A program made the position numbers and the translations under genes. Under the pieces are notes generated by a model. It did not search any database and was not told where the DNA came from. It saw nothing but the letters and a program-made list of their open reading frames with translations. From Candidatus Moraniibacteriota bacterium (GTDB lineage Bacteria > Patescibacteriota > Minisyncoccia > Moranbacterales > GCA-2747515): 33,385 nt of DNA. Of this stretch, positions 1 through 8,104 are shown piece by piece. The DNA is taken from contig JALVPE010000040.1 of the NCBI GenBank assembly GCA_027031945.1, forward strand, positions 5,771 through 39,155. Reading direction: 5' to 3'. The stretch's first letter is position 1, and each line of letters starts with the position of its first letter.

Positions 1-291
1 AATTTCCATTTTTGCACTGTCGGTCATCATTTCTGGGTTCCAGGGTGGGTCAAAGGTTAATTCTATTTCTACGTTTTTGATTTTTTTATCTTCTTTTAAT
101 ACTTCAATGATATTGTCTTTTATTATATCGTAGAGCGGGCAACCTATGGTTGTGAGTGTCATTGTTATTTTTATATTTTCTCCGTCAATATACTGAGCAC
201 CATAAACCAGTCCCATTTCTGTGATAGGTAAGTTTAATTCTGGGTCAATGACTGAGTCTAGTTTTCGCATTATTTTTTTGTCTTTTTTCAT
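1..291 (-). CDS. DUF59/MIP18-family Fe-S cluster assembly protein (SufT/PaaD-like); C-terminus cut by the window edge
   Basis: Not in the ORF track (open-ended). Hand translation from the ATG at 291 gives MKKDKKIMRKLDSVIDPELNLPITEMGLVYGAQYIDGENIKITMTLTTIGCPLYDIIKDNIIEVLKEDKKIKNVEIELTFDPPWNPEMMTDSAKMEI. It carries the DUF59 hallmarks V.DPE, T..GCP and FDPPW, and lies directly downstream of sufS-sufU on the same strand. Confidence 0.8.
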   Translation of the reverse strand, partial: MKKDKKIMRKLDSVIDPELNLPITEMGLVYGAQYIDGENIKITMTLTTIGCPLYDIIKDNIIEVLKEDKKIKNVEIELTFDPPWNPEMMTDSAKMEI

Positions 292-299
292 AAGTTGTG

Positions 300-329
300 T
301 GTAGTGGACGGTCATGACCGTCCACTACA
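300..329. repeat. Perfect 30-nt GC-rich palindrome (tGTAGTGGACGGTCATGACCGTCCACTACa) in the sufU/DUF59 spacer
   Basis: Read directly: positions 300-329 equal their own reverse complement. It fills most of the 39-nt gap between the sufU stop (331) and the DUF59 start (291). No U-tract follows it in the mRNA (minus) sense. Confidence 0.9.
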
Positions 330-330
330 T

Positions 331-705
331 TTATTCTTCAATTTTTTCAAATTCTAGCGCTTTTTGTATTGTTTCAATTCCTAGTAGGGCACATTTAATT
401 CTACCAATTCCTATTTCAATTCCTAGTAATTCTATTATATCATCTCTGGAAATTTGCAGAACTTCCTCAACAGATTTACCTTTTATTTCATCAGTTACCA
501 TTGAAGTGCTAGCTTGTGAAATTGCACAACCTTCTCCTTCAAATTTTATGTCTTTTATAATATTATTTTCCACTACTATAGTTGTACAAATTTTATCGCC
601 ACAAGTAGGGTTATTTGCGCATCTCTCATGTGTAGGATTATTAAGTCTGCCACTGTTTTGCGGATTATGATAATGTTCTAAAATTTCTTCTTGATACAGA
701 TCCAT
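331..705 (-). CDS. sufU: SufU/IscU-type Fe-S cluster scaffold (NifU N-terminal-like)
   Basis: 124-aa ORF. It starts LYQEEILEHYHNPQN and has three Cys-containing motifs (NPTCGD, GEGCAIS, RIKCALL) typical of SufU/IscU. It lies immediately downstream of sufS. Confidence 0.85.
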   Translation of the reverse strand: MDLYQEEILEHYHNPQNSGRLNNPTHERCANNPTCGDKICTTIVVENNIIKDIKFEGEGCAISQASTSMVTDEIKGKSVEEVLQISRDDIIELLGIEIGIGRIKCALLGIETIQKALEFEKIEE

Positions 706-741
706 GATTTTAATTCACAATTTACCATTTACAACTCACCA

Positions 742-1968
742 TTAACTTAACGTCTTGTCAACCATCTTTAGTCCCTCAATCAATTTATCAATATCTTCTT
801 TTTCATTATACACAGAAAAACTTGCTCTTGCAGTTGCGTTTATTCCTAGTACATCTGTATGTAGTGGCATTGCGCAGTGTTGTCCTGCTCGGATTGCTAT
901 GTTCATTTTGTCGTCCAATATTGTAGCTATATCGTGTGGATGATGATTTTTGAATGTGAAGCTTATTGCGCCTGAGCGTTTTTCTATGTCTTTTGGTCCG
1001 TATATTTTTATTGTATCACCAAATTCTTCTTGAAAACTATCTATACAGTATTGCATTAGTTCTTTTTCGTGCGCGCGTATTTCTCTGAGCAAAAAACCAT
1101 TCATATAATCAATTGCTTCTCTGGACGCTGTTACTCCTGCGATGTTGGGAGTGCCTGCTTCTAACTTTTGAGGTACATCTGCAAATGTGGTACAGGTATC
1201 GGTTACTTCTTCTATCATCTCGCCTCCGGTAAACAGTGGTTCAAGTAATTCTAGTTTTTCTTTTTTGCCATAGAGAATTCCTACACCAGTTGGTCCGAAT
1301 AATTTATGCATAGAAAAAGCTAAGTAATCACAATCAAGTTTTTGTACATCAACAAGTAGATGAGATACAGCTTGCGCGGCGTCTACTATTATTAGTGTGT
1401 TGGGATTTTTTTTGCGAACTTTCTGGGTAATTTCTGCAATAGGATTAATTGTTCCTAGTACATTTGATACAAATGTCAGTGCTAGGATTTTTGTATTTTC
1501 ATCAATGTTATCGAGTAGTTTGTCTATGTTAATTGTGCCATCTTTTTTTAGTGGGATCACTCTAAAATCTGCACCGGTTTTGAGAGAGAGTTGTTGCCAA
1601 GGCACAAAGTTTGCGTGATGTTCCATCGCAGTTGTAACTATGTTGTGGTTTTTTTTGATTGAGCCCAGAAGTCCATAGGCAATAGTATTAAGACTGGCAG
1701 TTGTACCAGACGTGAAAACAATCTCATCGCTACTATCAGAGTATATGAAATTTGCCACAGATTTTCGACTTAGTTCATACTCCTGGGTTGCTTTTGTGCT
1801 ATTTCTATATGCACCTCTTGCCACATTGGCATTGTAAGAATTATAATATTCCAAAATCTTGGCAACTACCGGTCGTGGAGTAAGTGAAGTAGCACAAGAA
1901 TCGAGATAAATCAGGCTTTCATCTCGAGTAAAAATATCATAATCTCGTTTAATCTTCGCTATATCCAT
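742..1968 (-). CDS. sufS: Cysteine desulfurase, SufS/CsdA group (class V aminotransferase)
   Basis: 408 aa. PLP-lysine region FSMHKLFGPTGVGILYG; catalytic-Cys loop RAGQHCAMPL; N-terminal LDSCATSL. Operon context with sufU. Confidence 0.9.
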   Translation of the reverse strand: MDIAKIKRDYDIFTRDESLIYLDSCATSLTPRPVVAKILEYYNSYNANVARGAYRNSTKATQEYELSRKSVANFIYSDSSDEIVFTSGTTASLNTIAYGLLGSIKKNHNIVTTAMEHHANFVPWQQLSLKTGADFRVIPLKKDGTINIDKLLDNIDENTKILALTFVSNVLGTINPIAEITQKVRKKNPNTLIIVDAAQAVSHLLVDVQKLDCDYLAFSMHKLFGPTGVGILYGKKEKLELLEPLFTGGEMIEEVTDTCTTFADVPQKLEAGTPNIAGVTASREAIDYMNGFLLREIRAHEKELMQYCIDSFQEEFGDTIKIYGPKDIEKRSGAISFTFKNHHPHDIATILDDKMNIAIRAGQHCAMPLHTDVLGINATARASFSVYNEKEDIDKLIEGLKMVDKTLS

Positions 1969-1975
1969 ATCTGTT

Positions 1976-2004
1976 ACTTTATGTTATTTGTTGGCAAAAG
2001 TCAA
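1976..2004 (-). promoter_or_regulatory. Candidate sigma70-type promoter for the sufS operon (TTGACT-N17-TAAAGT)
   Basis: Minus-strand read: TTGACT (2004-1999), a 17-nt spacer, then TAAAGT (1981-1976). Only 7 nt separate the -10 from the sufS ATG, and no Shine-Dalgarno is visible. Confidence 0.35.
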
Positions 2005-2133
2005 AGTATACATATTGACAATTAGTAAGATATATGCAAGCATGCAATATAACATAAATTCATTAAGAATTGATGTTTGGATTGATGATAACAGTAATTC
2101 TGAGAGACGTGTTATTTAACAAAGGAGATTATT

Positions 2134-2559
2134 ATGACTGGAGGAGTTACTGATGTAAATGGACGACTGTTTGATTCGTGGGTGTTGATTGAATTTACAA
2201 CTGAGTTAAATGGAAATCAGTATAGAAATTTTGTGAATGACTTAATGGTACAATTCATAACCGAATCAGATTCAACTTTCACATTTAATCAAGCAAAGCA
2301 ACTTGTTGATGGTGGTCAAGACTGGAATGATGAAGGGGGTATACATGGATTCCAAATAAATGGGCGATATATCTCATCTTGTAAAGCTTATTATTTTGAT
2401 GAGAATGATTTTAATATGCCAAAGTCAATTCTGTTTTGTAATCACTATTCAGAGGATGATGTAAAAGAAGTTTTTGAGTTGACAGGGGCTTTTGAAAAAT
2501 TCCTTAAGAAAGAGGGAATTAAATATGAGAGGAAAAATCGCTATCGTTATGAAAGCTAA
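2134..2559 (+). CDS. Hypothetical protein (141 aa), no domain recognised
   Basis: ORF preceded by AAAGGAG 7 nt upstream of the ATG. Ordinary amino-acid composition. First gene of a two-gene unit closed by a strong terminator. Confidence 0.6.
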   Translation: MTGGVTDVNGRLFDSWVLIEFTTELNGNQYRNFVNDLMVQFITESDSTFTFNQAKQLVDGGQDWNDEGGIHGFQINGRYISSCKAYYFDENDFNMPKSILFCNHYSEDDVKEVFELTGAFEKFLKKEGIKYERKNRYRYES

Positions 2560-2573
2560 TATGATGGAGGGAT

Positions 2574-2804
2574 ATGATGATTACAATGAAAGAAGTTTTG
2601 ATAAAAATTCAAATTGGTGATTCGCATATACCTGTTTTTATAACTGGCTTCGGCGCCAATTTGTTGGAAGTTACAGTATTACAAATCTTCAGTGATTTTG
2701 CTGAGGTTGAAATTATTTCAAATAACTTTGAGGAAAATGAATATGAAGGGACGTATTTAGTCCCATTTTCTTTAATTGTTATCAAAAATAAACTCAAACT
2801 TTAA
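2574..2804 (+). CDS. Hypothetical small protein (76 aa)
   Basis: ORF 14 nt after the previous stop, preceded by GGAGGG. A terminator follows 10 nt after its stop. No recognisable motif. Confidence 0.5.
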   Translation: MMITMKEVLIKIQIGDSHIPVFITGFGANLLEVTVLQIFSDFAEVEIISNNFEENEYEGTYLVPFSLIVIKNKLKL

Positions 2805-2813
2805 AAGTATTTT

Positions 2814-2853
2814 GTTCGTGTATCTATATAGATACACGAACCTTTTTTGTTTT
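2814..2853 (+). terminator. Rho-independent terminator
   Basis: GTTCGTGTATC / GATACACGAAC form an 11-bp perfect stem (2814-2824 / 2831-2841), followed by CTTTTTTGTTTTC. Confidence 0.8.
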
Positions 2854-2886
2854 CTTGATAGATAATTTGTGATAGACTTATATAGT

Positions 2887-4761
2887 ATGAATAATAAGAA
2901 AAAACAACAATATAATATTTTGTGTGACATAAATGATTCGTCAGATGTTCGTGCTTTGGACAGGAATCAGTTGTCTGAACTTAGTGATGAGATGCGGAAA
3001 TTTTTAATCGAAAGTGTTTCTCAGACCGGGGGACATTTCGGGTCTAATTTGGGTGTAGTGGAGCTTACGGTTGCACTTCATCATGTTTTTGATACTCCTC
3101 GTGATAGGATTATCTGGGACGTGGGTCATCAGACATATCCGCACAAGATTTTGACAGGGCGTAAAGATAAATTTTGTACAATTAGACAAAAGGATGGTTT
3201 AACACCATTTCCTAAACGAGATGAAAGTGAATATGATGCTTTCGGAGTGGGGCACAGTGCTACTTCAATTAGTGCGGCAGTTGGAATGGAGAGAGCAAAT
3301 CGTGATAGGAGAAATTCGCCTCACATTGTGGCAGTAATTGGAGATGGTGCGCTAACCGGTGGAATGGCCTTTGAAGCATTAAATCATGCTGGTGATATAG
3401 AGTCAGATGTCTTAGTGATACTTAATGATAATAAAATGTCTATTTCTCCAAATGTGGGAGCAATGCATAAATATTTAACACGACTTATTTCATCCAAAAA
3501 GTTTCAACATTTGCGCAGTAGCAGTAAAGAAGTTCTATCAAAAAAGGCGCCAGCAGTTCATGAAGTTGCCAGACGTGCTGAATTGGGGGCTAAAAGTATG
3601 ATTACACCGGGACTTTTGTTTGAAGAGCTGGGTTTTGGGTATTATGGTCCAATTGATGGACATGATGTTGAGGCGCTTGTAGATGTTTTGCATAATGTAA
3701 AAAATATTAAAGGACCGCGACTTTTACATGTTATTACAGAAAAAGGCAGAGGTTATAAGTATGCGAAAAAAGATGCAACGTCACTACATGCTGTAAGCCC
3801 TTTTTGTGTAAAAACCGGTAAAAAGCTAGAAAAAAAGACAAAACAACAAACTTTCACAGACGTTTTTGACACTTGGATAAATACTAAGGCAAAAAAAGAC
3901 AAAAAATTACATGCAATTACTCCAGCAATGTGCGAGGGCTCTGGACTTAAAGAATTTAGAGAAAATTTTTCAGATAGATACCATGATGTAGGAATAGCCG
4001 AACAACATGCAGTTACGTTTGCGGCGGGACTTGCTTGTGAAAATAAAAAACCGGTAGTAGCAATTTATTCTACGTTTTTGCAAAGAGCTTATGATCAATT
4101 CATTCACGATGTTGCTTTGCAAAATTTGAATATCATGTTTGCAGTTGATAGAGCTGGCATAGTAGGTCCAGATGGAGCAACTCATGCAGGGAGTTTTGAT
4201 ATATCATTTCTTAGATGTGTGCCAAACGTCATCATTGCTGTGCCTGCTGATTTGCAAGAGAGTGCAAAAATGTTGGATGTATTATATGAACACGAGGGTG
4301 TAACAGTTGTGAGGTATCCGCGTGGAGGTGGTGCTGATAAATTAAACAAAAATGATACTGCTGTAAAAATTGGAAAAGGCGTAATTTTAAATAAAGGTAA
4401 AAAAGTAGCGATTATTGCTTTTGGAGCAATGGTTGAAAGATGTGTCGATATAGCAAAGGAACTGGATATGACATTGGTAAATATGCGGTTTGTAAAGCCT
4501 CTTGATGAAAACCTTATAAAAGAACTGGCAAAAACTCATAGTAGTTTCATAACTGTGGAAGATAACGTAGTGGCTGGTGGAGCTGGTAGTGCTGTGGGGG
4601 AATACGTTTTGAATGAGGGCATCGATATTAAAATCAAGATGTTAGGATTACCAGATAAATTTACAATTCATGGCTCAAGAGATGAGGTTTTGGAAGATGT
4701 AGGGCTTTCAGAAAGTAAAATTAAACAAAATATTAAAGAATGGTTAAGTGAAACAAATTAA
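2887..4761 (+). CDS. dxs: 1-deoxy-D-xylulose-5-phosphate synthase
   Basis: The ORF opens at GTG 2869; the ATG at 2887 is the more likely start. Motifs: GGHFGSNLGVVELTVALHHVF, the ThDP motif GDGALTGGMAFEALNHAG...LNDN, IAEQHAVTFAAGLA and DRAGIVGPDGATH. Confidence 0.9.
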   Translation: MNNKKKQQYNILCDINDSSDVRALDRNQLSELSDEMRKFLIESVSQTGGHFGSNLGVVELTVALHHVFDTPRDRIIWDVGHQTYPHKILTGRKDKFCTIRQKDGLTPFPKRDESEYDAFGVGHSATSISAAVGMERANRDRRNSPHIVAVIGDGALTGGMAFEALNHAGDIESDVLVILNDNKMSISPNVGAMHKYLTRLISSKKFQHLRSSSKEVLSKKAPAVHEVARRAELGAKSMITPGLLFEELGFGYYGPIDGHDVEALVDVLHNVKNIKGPRLLHVITEKGRGYKYAKKDATSLHAVSPFCVKTGKKLEKKTKQQTFTDVFDTWINTKAKKDKKLHAITPAMCEGSGLKEFRENFSDRYHDVGIAEQHAVTFAAGLACENKKPVVAIYSTFLQRAYDQFIHDVALQNLNIMFAVDRAGIVGPDGATHAGSFDISFLRCVPNVIIAVPADLQESAKMLDVLYEHEGVTVVRYPRGGGADKLNKNDTAVKIGKGVILNKGKKVAIIAFGAMVERCVDIAKELDMTLVNMRFVKPLDENLIKELAKTHSSFITVEDNVVAGGAGSAVGEYVLNEGIDIKIKMLGLPDKFTIHGSRDEVLEDVGLSESKIKQNIKEWLSETN

Positions 4762-5302
4762 AAGAAAAAAAATAATATTAACTATAGCAATTAGTGCATT
4801 GGTTATTTGGGCCATTTTTTTGTTTAATGTGGATGTGAATGTACTAGTAGAATCAATGGGTATAAGAAACATGTATCTCATACTTTTGTTGGTAGCTGTT
4901 TTGTCTAGCACTTCTTTTCTTACATCGGCATCATTTTATGCTACGTTTTTTGCATATTTGGGCGCGGGTTTTGACCCTGTAATAATTAGTGTTATAGGAG
5001 GCATTGGGATGGCAGTGGGAGATAGTTTATTTTTCTTTATTTCTCGTCATGCAGGAGATGTGATGAGTATGAGTAATAGTAAAATATATAACAGCATGTT
5101 TAAATATGTGACAAAACTGCCAAGTTGGGGAGTCTATCTGTTTACATATTTGTATGCATCATTTGCGCCTATTCCAAATGATATTCTAATTGTAATGTTG
5201 GGAGTTTTGAAATTTAAATATTCTAGAATAATCCCAATCATTATAGTGGGTGATATAACATTGCTTTTTTTGATTGCAGGTGGATTGTATTATGTATTGT
5301 AA
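4748..5302 (+). CDS. Integral membrane protein, possibly VTT/DedA-YqaA-like
   Basis: 184 aa with 4-5 hydrophobic spans. The GTG start overlaps the dxs end by 14 nt. The G.GMAVGDSLFFFISRHAG segment resembles the YqaA/DedA glycine-rich motif. The family call is weak. Confidence 0.55.
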   Translation: MKQIKRKKIILTIAISALVIWAIFLFNVDVNVLVESMGIRNMYLILLLVAVLSSTSFLTSASFYATFFAYLGAGFDPVIISVIGGIGMAVGDSLFFFISRHAGDVMSMSNSKIYNSMFKYVTKLPSWGVYLFTYLYASFAPIPNDILIVMLGVLKFKYSRIIPIIIVGDITLLFLIAGGLYYVL

Positions 5303-5311
5303 CCTTAACTT

Positions 5312-5860
5312 ATGATACAAAATATTATAAAAATAGATGATAAAAATATTTCGTATACATTAAAAAGACGGAAATATCAAAGACAAATCAATTTCATCGT
5401 GCATCAAGATGGTTCACTTATCGTCACTGCTCCAAAAATGTGTAGGCAAGTGTTTATAGAAAAAGAAATAATCAAGCATTCTCAATGGATTACAAAACAA
5501 ATCGGAGACAAAAATAATAATATCACAATAGATGAAAGTGTGATAAATTATATGAAAAAAACACTCAAACCAATAGTAGAAGCGAAACTTCTGCAATTTA
5601 ATTCTTATTACAACTTTGAATACAAAAGAGTGTCTATAAGGCATCAGGCAACGAGGTGGGGTAGTTGTAGTAGTAAAGGAAACCTAAACTTTAATTGTAA
5701 AATGATGTGTTTACCCGATGAATTGCGAGATTATATTGTGGTGCATGAACTGTGTCATTTACAAGAAATGAATCATTCAAAAAAATTTTGGACATTGGTA
5801 AAAAAAACTGTACCTAATTACAAAGAATTAAGGGCACAGTTAAAAGATGTTAAAATATAG
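5312..5860 (+). CDS. YgjP-like metal-dependent hydrolase (DUF45, M48-related)
   Basis: 182 aa. Has RWGSCS...G.L.FN and the zinc motif HELCHLQEMNHSKKFW characteristic of the YgjP/DUF45 family. Confidence 0.8.
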   Translation: MIQNIIKIDDKNISYTLKRRKYQRQINFIVHQDGSLIVTAPKMCRQVFIEKEIIKHSQWITKQIGDKNNNITIDESVINYMKKTLKPIVEAKLLQFNSYYNFEYKRVSIRHQATRWGSCSSKGNLNFNCKMMCLPDELRDYIVVHELCHLQEMNHSKKFWTLVKKTVPNYKELRAQLKDVKI

Positions 5861-5862
5861 AC

Positions 5863-6735
5863 TTATCTATTATTATTAATTCCTATACTGCTAATGCCAA
5901 CATCGGAAGTTGGGTCAGCAGAGATGTTATCGCTGTCAACATTATTATATGACTGAAATTTTACATGTGAAGGTTTATTGTTGCCATAAATTTCGCCATT
6001 ATGTATATTATCAAGTCTCCCTCTATTTTTTCTAAGCATACCATGTTGTATATTACCAAGAGAATTTACTGTTGGATATTTTTCTCCCATGCGATGCAAA
6101 CGTATCGGTACGGCATTGAGTTTGTTAACGTGTGTTGTGCCAAATTTGACACCCTTTAAATCATTTAGTAGCACTTGTTCATGAAGATTTTGAGCTCCTC
6201 GTAATGTTTCTAAAACACTATTAAGATGAGCATCCCCATGCATAGTTTTTGGTTTTAATCTTCCATTTTTTGTAATAATCATTCTATTCCTTTGCGCCTT
6301 TTGTGCATTTATATATTCTAACGCAGTATTGTGTGTAGTGTGTTGCTTGTTGTATTCTTGTGTTTGTGCAACAGCGCCCTTAACCGCATCTAGTGTGCCA
6401 GCTTGTGCTGCCGCAGGCGCGAGAAGAGCAAGAAGAGTCAGTGCATTCCTTAAAGCCTTAATTTTTCCAATTTTTTTTAAAAATCCACCCGTTTCTTTAT
6501 TTAATTTTTCCGTGACTTCAGGTTCTTCATCATCTATCCCGTCAATATGGTTTAGTAATTTGTTTGTTCGTTTAATTACTTCATTACTTTGTGTATCTTG
6601 CTGGGCAAATTTTTTCCGTAGAAACTCGGGAGAAAATTCATCCTCGGGACCTTGTTCTGGAACATTATTTTGTTCTGGTGCGCTCAATTGCTCTGATTGT
6701 TCTTCTGGTGTAGTTGGTTTTTCAAAATTTGACAT
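5863..6735 (-). CDS. Hypothetical membrane-anchored protein (290 aa)
   Basis: Acidic P/E/Q-rich N-terminus, one Ala-rich hydrophobic span (ALTLLALLAPAAAQAG, locally GC-rich), and a His/Asn/Lys-rich C-terminal ~170 aa with no recognised domain. The antisense 142-aa ORF is Cys/Ser-rich junk. Confidence 0.6.
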   Translation of the reverse strand: MSNFEKPTTPEEQSEQLSAPEQNNVPEQGPEDEFSPEFLRKKFAQQDTQSNEVIKRTNKLLNHIDGIDDEEPEVTEKLNKETGGFLKKIGKIKALRNALTLLALLAPAAAQAGTLDAVKGAVAQTQEYNKQHTTHNTALEYINAQKAQRNRMIITKNGRLKPKTMHGDAHLNSVLETLRGAQNLHEQVLLNDLKGVKFGTTHVNKLNAVPIRLHRMGEKYPTVNSLGNIQHGMLRKNRGRLDNIHNGEIYGNNKPSHVKFQSYNNVDSDNISADPTSDVGISSIGINNNR

Positions 6736-6751
6736 AGTTTTGTTGATTAAT

Positions 6752-7246
6752 TTATAATTCTTTGATTTTTGCTAGTGCATCTTCGTAGTCGTCCTCATCT
6801 TGATCTTTTTGTAGTACTAAATGCTCTTGTTTGAGTTGCTCTATAAATTTTTTTGCTTGAGATATGAATTCTTCGTGAGCTTGCTCTTGCTCTTGTGATA
6901 ATTGTTTGAGAGCTGTTTGAGGATCTTCGCTTGATAATACTGCAGTGATAGAATCTAAAAATAATTTAAATTCATCTTCATTCATTGATATAATATCATC
7001 AATTAATTCAGTTTTTTGTTCTTCGGGTATTGATTCACTCGTATTTATCGCAGAGATGGCCATTATTTTTGATCTGGTATTTTGCCAAAAGCGTGGAAGC
7101 AATGCGGGATTATCTTCAAATGATTTGTGCATATCATTTATTTCTTCTTCACTCAAATCGTCCAAAAAAGAACTAAAGAGTTTTTTGTCGTCTTCACCAA
7201 GCTCACTCTGAGCGATAAAATCTTTTAGTTTTTGTAATGTATCCAT
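6752..7246 (-). CDS. Hypothetical highly acidic helical protein (164 aa)
   Basis: ORF 16 nt upstream of the 290-aa gene on the same strand. D/E-rich and predicted helical. No recognised domain. Confidence 0.55.
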   Translation of the reverse strand: MDTLQKLKDFIAQSELGEDDKKLFSSFLDDLSEEEINDMHKSFEDNPALLPRFWQNTRSKIMAISAINTSESIPEEQKTELIDDIISMNEDEFKLFLDSITAVLSSEDPQTALKQLSQEQEQAHEEFISQAKKFIEQLKQEHLVLQKDQDEDDYEDALAKIKEL

Positions 7247-7360
7247 TATTTTTTATTATTTTACATTTTAATTAATTTAATCTATTATAAATTATAATGA
7301 ATCAGCCTCTTAATGTAAAGCAATTATCTGTACACAAAGGCAATTTGTAGCAAAAAATTT

Positions 7361-7882
7361 ATGGAAAACATAGATAAAAAATTTTATTTAATCTTGCACA
7401 ATGTTAGAAGTGCCTATAATGTGGGTGCAGTTTTTCGTACTGCTGATGGAGCTGGTGTGGACAAAATATATTTGACAGGATACACACCAACTCCGCCAGA
7501 TGGTACAGAGATTTATACCACTAAGCCTGAGCGCAAAATTATCAAAACATCACTTGGAGCAATTGATTATGTGAAATGGGATAGATATGAAAAAGTTGAG
7601 GATTTGGTTGCTAAATTGAAAAAGAAAGGTGTCAAAATAGTGGCATTAGAGCAAGGAAAAAAGAGTATTGACTATAAAAAATTTGAAACGAACGAGAGTA
7701 TTGCTTTGGTACTGGGAAATGAGCCGGTAGGTATAGATGAGCAAACATTATCACTTTGTGATACAATGATAGATATACCAATGAGAGGGAAGAAACAGTC
7801 ACTAAACGTTTCCGTTGCTGCTGGAATTGCGATGTATGAACTCATTGATAAAGTGAAAACTTTTGAAAAAAAGTATTACTAA
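7361..7882 (+). CDS. SpoU/TrmH-family RNA 2'-O-methyltransferase
   Basis: 173 aa. The three SPOUT motifs are present: NVRSAYNVGAVFRTADGAG, LVLGNEPVGI and IPMRGKKQSLNVSVAAGIAMYEL. Confidence 0.85.
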   Translation: MENIDKKFYLILHNVRSAYNVGAVFRTADGAGVDKIYLTGYTPTPPDGTEIYTTKPERKIIKTSLGAIDYVKWDRYEKVEDLVAKLKKKGVKIVALEQGKKSIDYKKFETNESIALVLGNEPVGIDEQTLSLCDTMIDIPMRGKKQSLNVSVAAGIAMYELIDKVKTFEKKYY

Positions 7883-8049
7883 ACATGTTAGTATTAATTG
7901 TTTAATCTACTACAAAATGGCTAATCCAAAATATACAAATATCAATCAAATAATGGGAGTTTGGATTGAGCGCACGCTATGGCTCTGGCTACCTTTCCAT
8001 GCGATTATACGTCTAACAAAAGATGTAATCGCAAAACATACGAAAAAAG

Positions 8050-8092
8050 AAGAAAAATAAAAAACCATGCAACATTATACTATATTACATGG
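8050..8092 (-). terminator. Rho-independent terminator of the 139-aa orphan gene
   Basis: Minus sense: CCAUGUAA / UUGCAUGG form an 8-bp stem with one G-U (8092-8085 / 8072-8065), followed by UUUUUUAUUUUU. Confidence 0.6.
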
Positions 8093-8104
8093 CAAGTGAC
8101 ATTA

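Noticed and set aside
314-670. 118-aa plus-strand ORF overlapping sufU
   Set aside because: It is antisense to a well-supported SufU gene. Its composition is hydrophobic, Ser-rich and junk-like, and its start lies inside the palindrome.
2855-2884. TTGATA-N17/18-T(T)ATAT(A) promoter-like element just upstream of dxs
   Set aside because: The -10 would end only 2-3 nt before the dxs ATG at 2887. That places the transcription start inside the conserved N-terminus, so it is probably chance AT-rich sequence. dxs is more likely transcribed from further upstream or by read-through.
6329-6757. 142-aa plus-strand ORF
   Set aside because: It is antisense to the 290-aa minus-strand gene. The Cys/Ser/Ala-rich composition is typical of a shadow ORF, and the minus-strand frame is the better coding candidate.
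7960-8040. Possible small SRP (4.5S) RNA, because the minus strand reads GGAAAGGTAGCCAGAGCC
   Set aside because: It only loosely resembles the conserved domain IV sequence (GGAAGGAAGCAGCC). I could not build the flanking symmetric and asymmetric loops or a closing helix.
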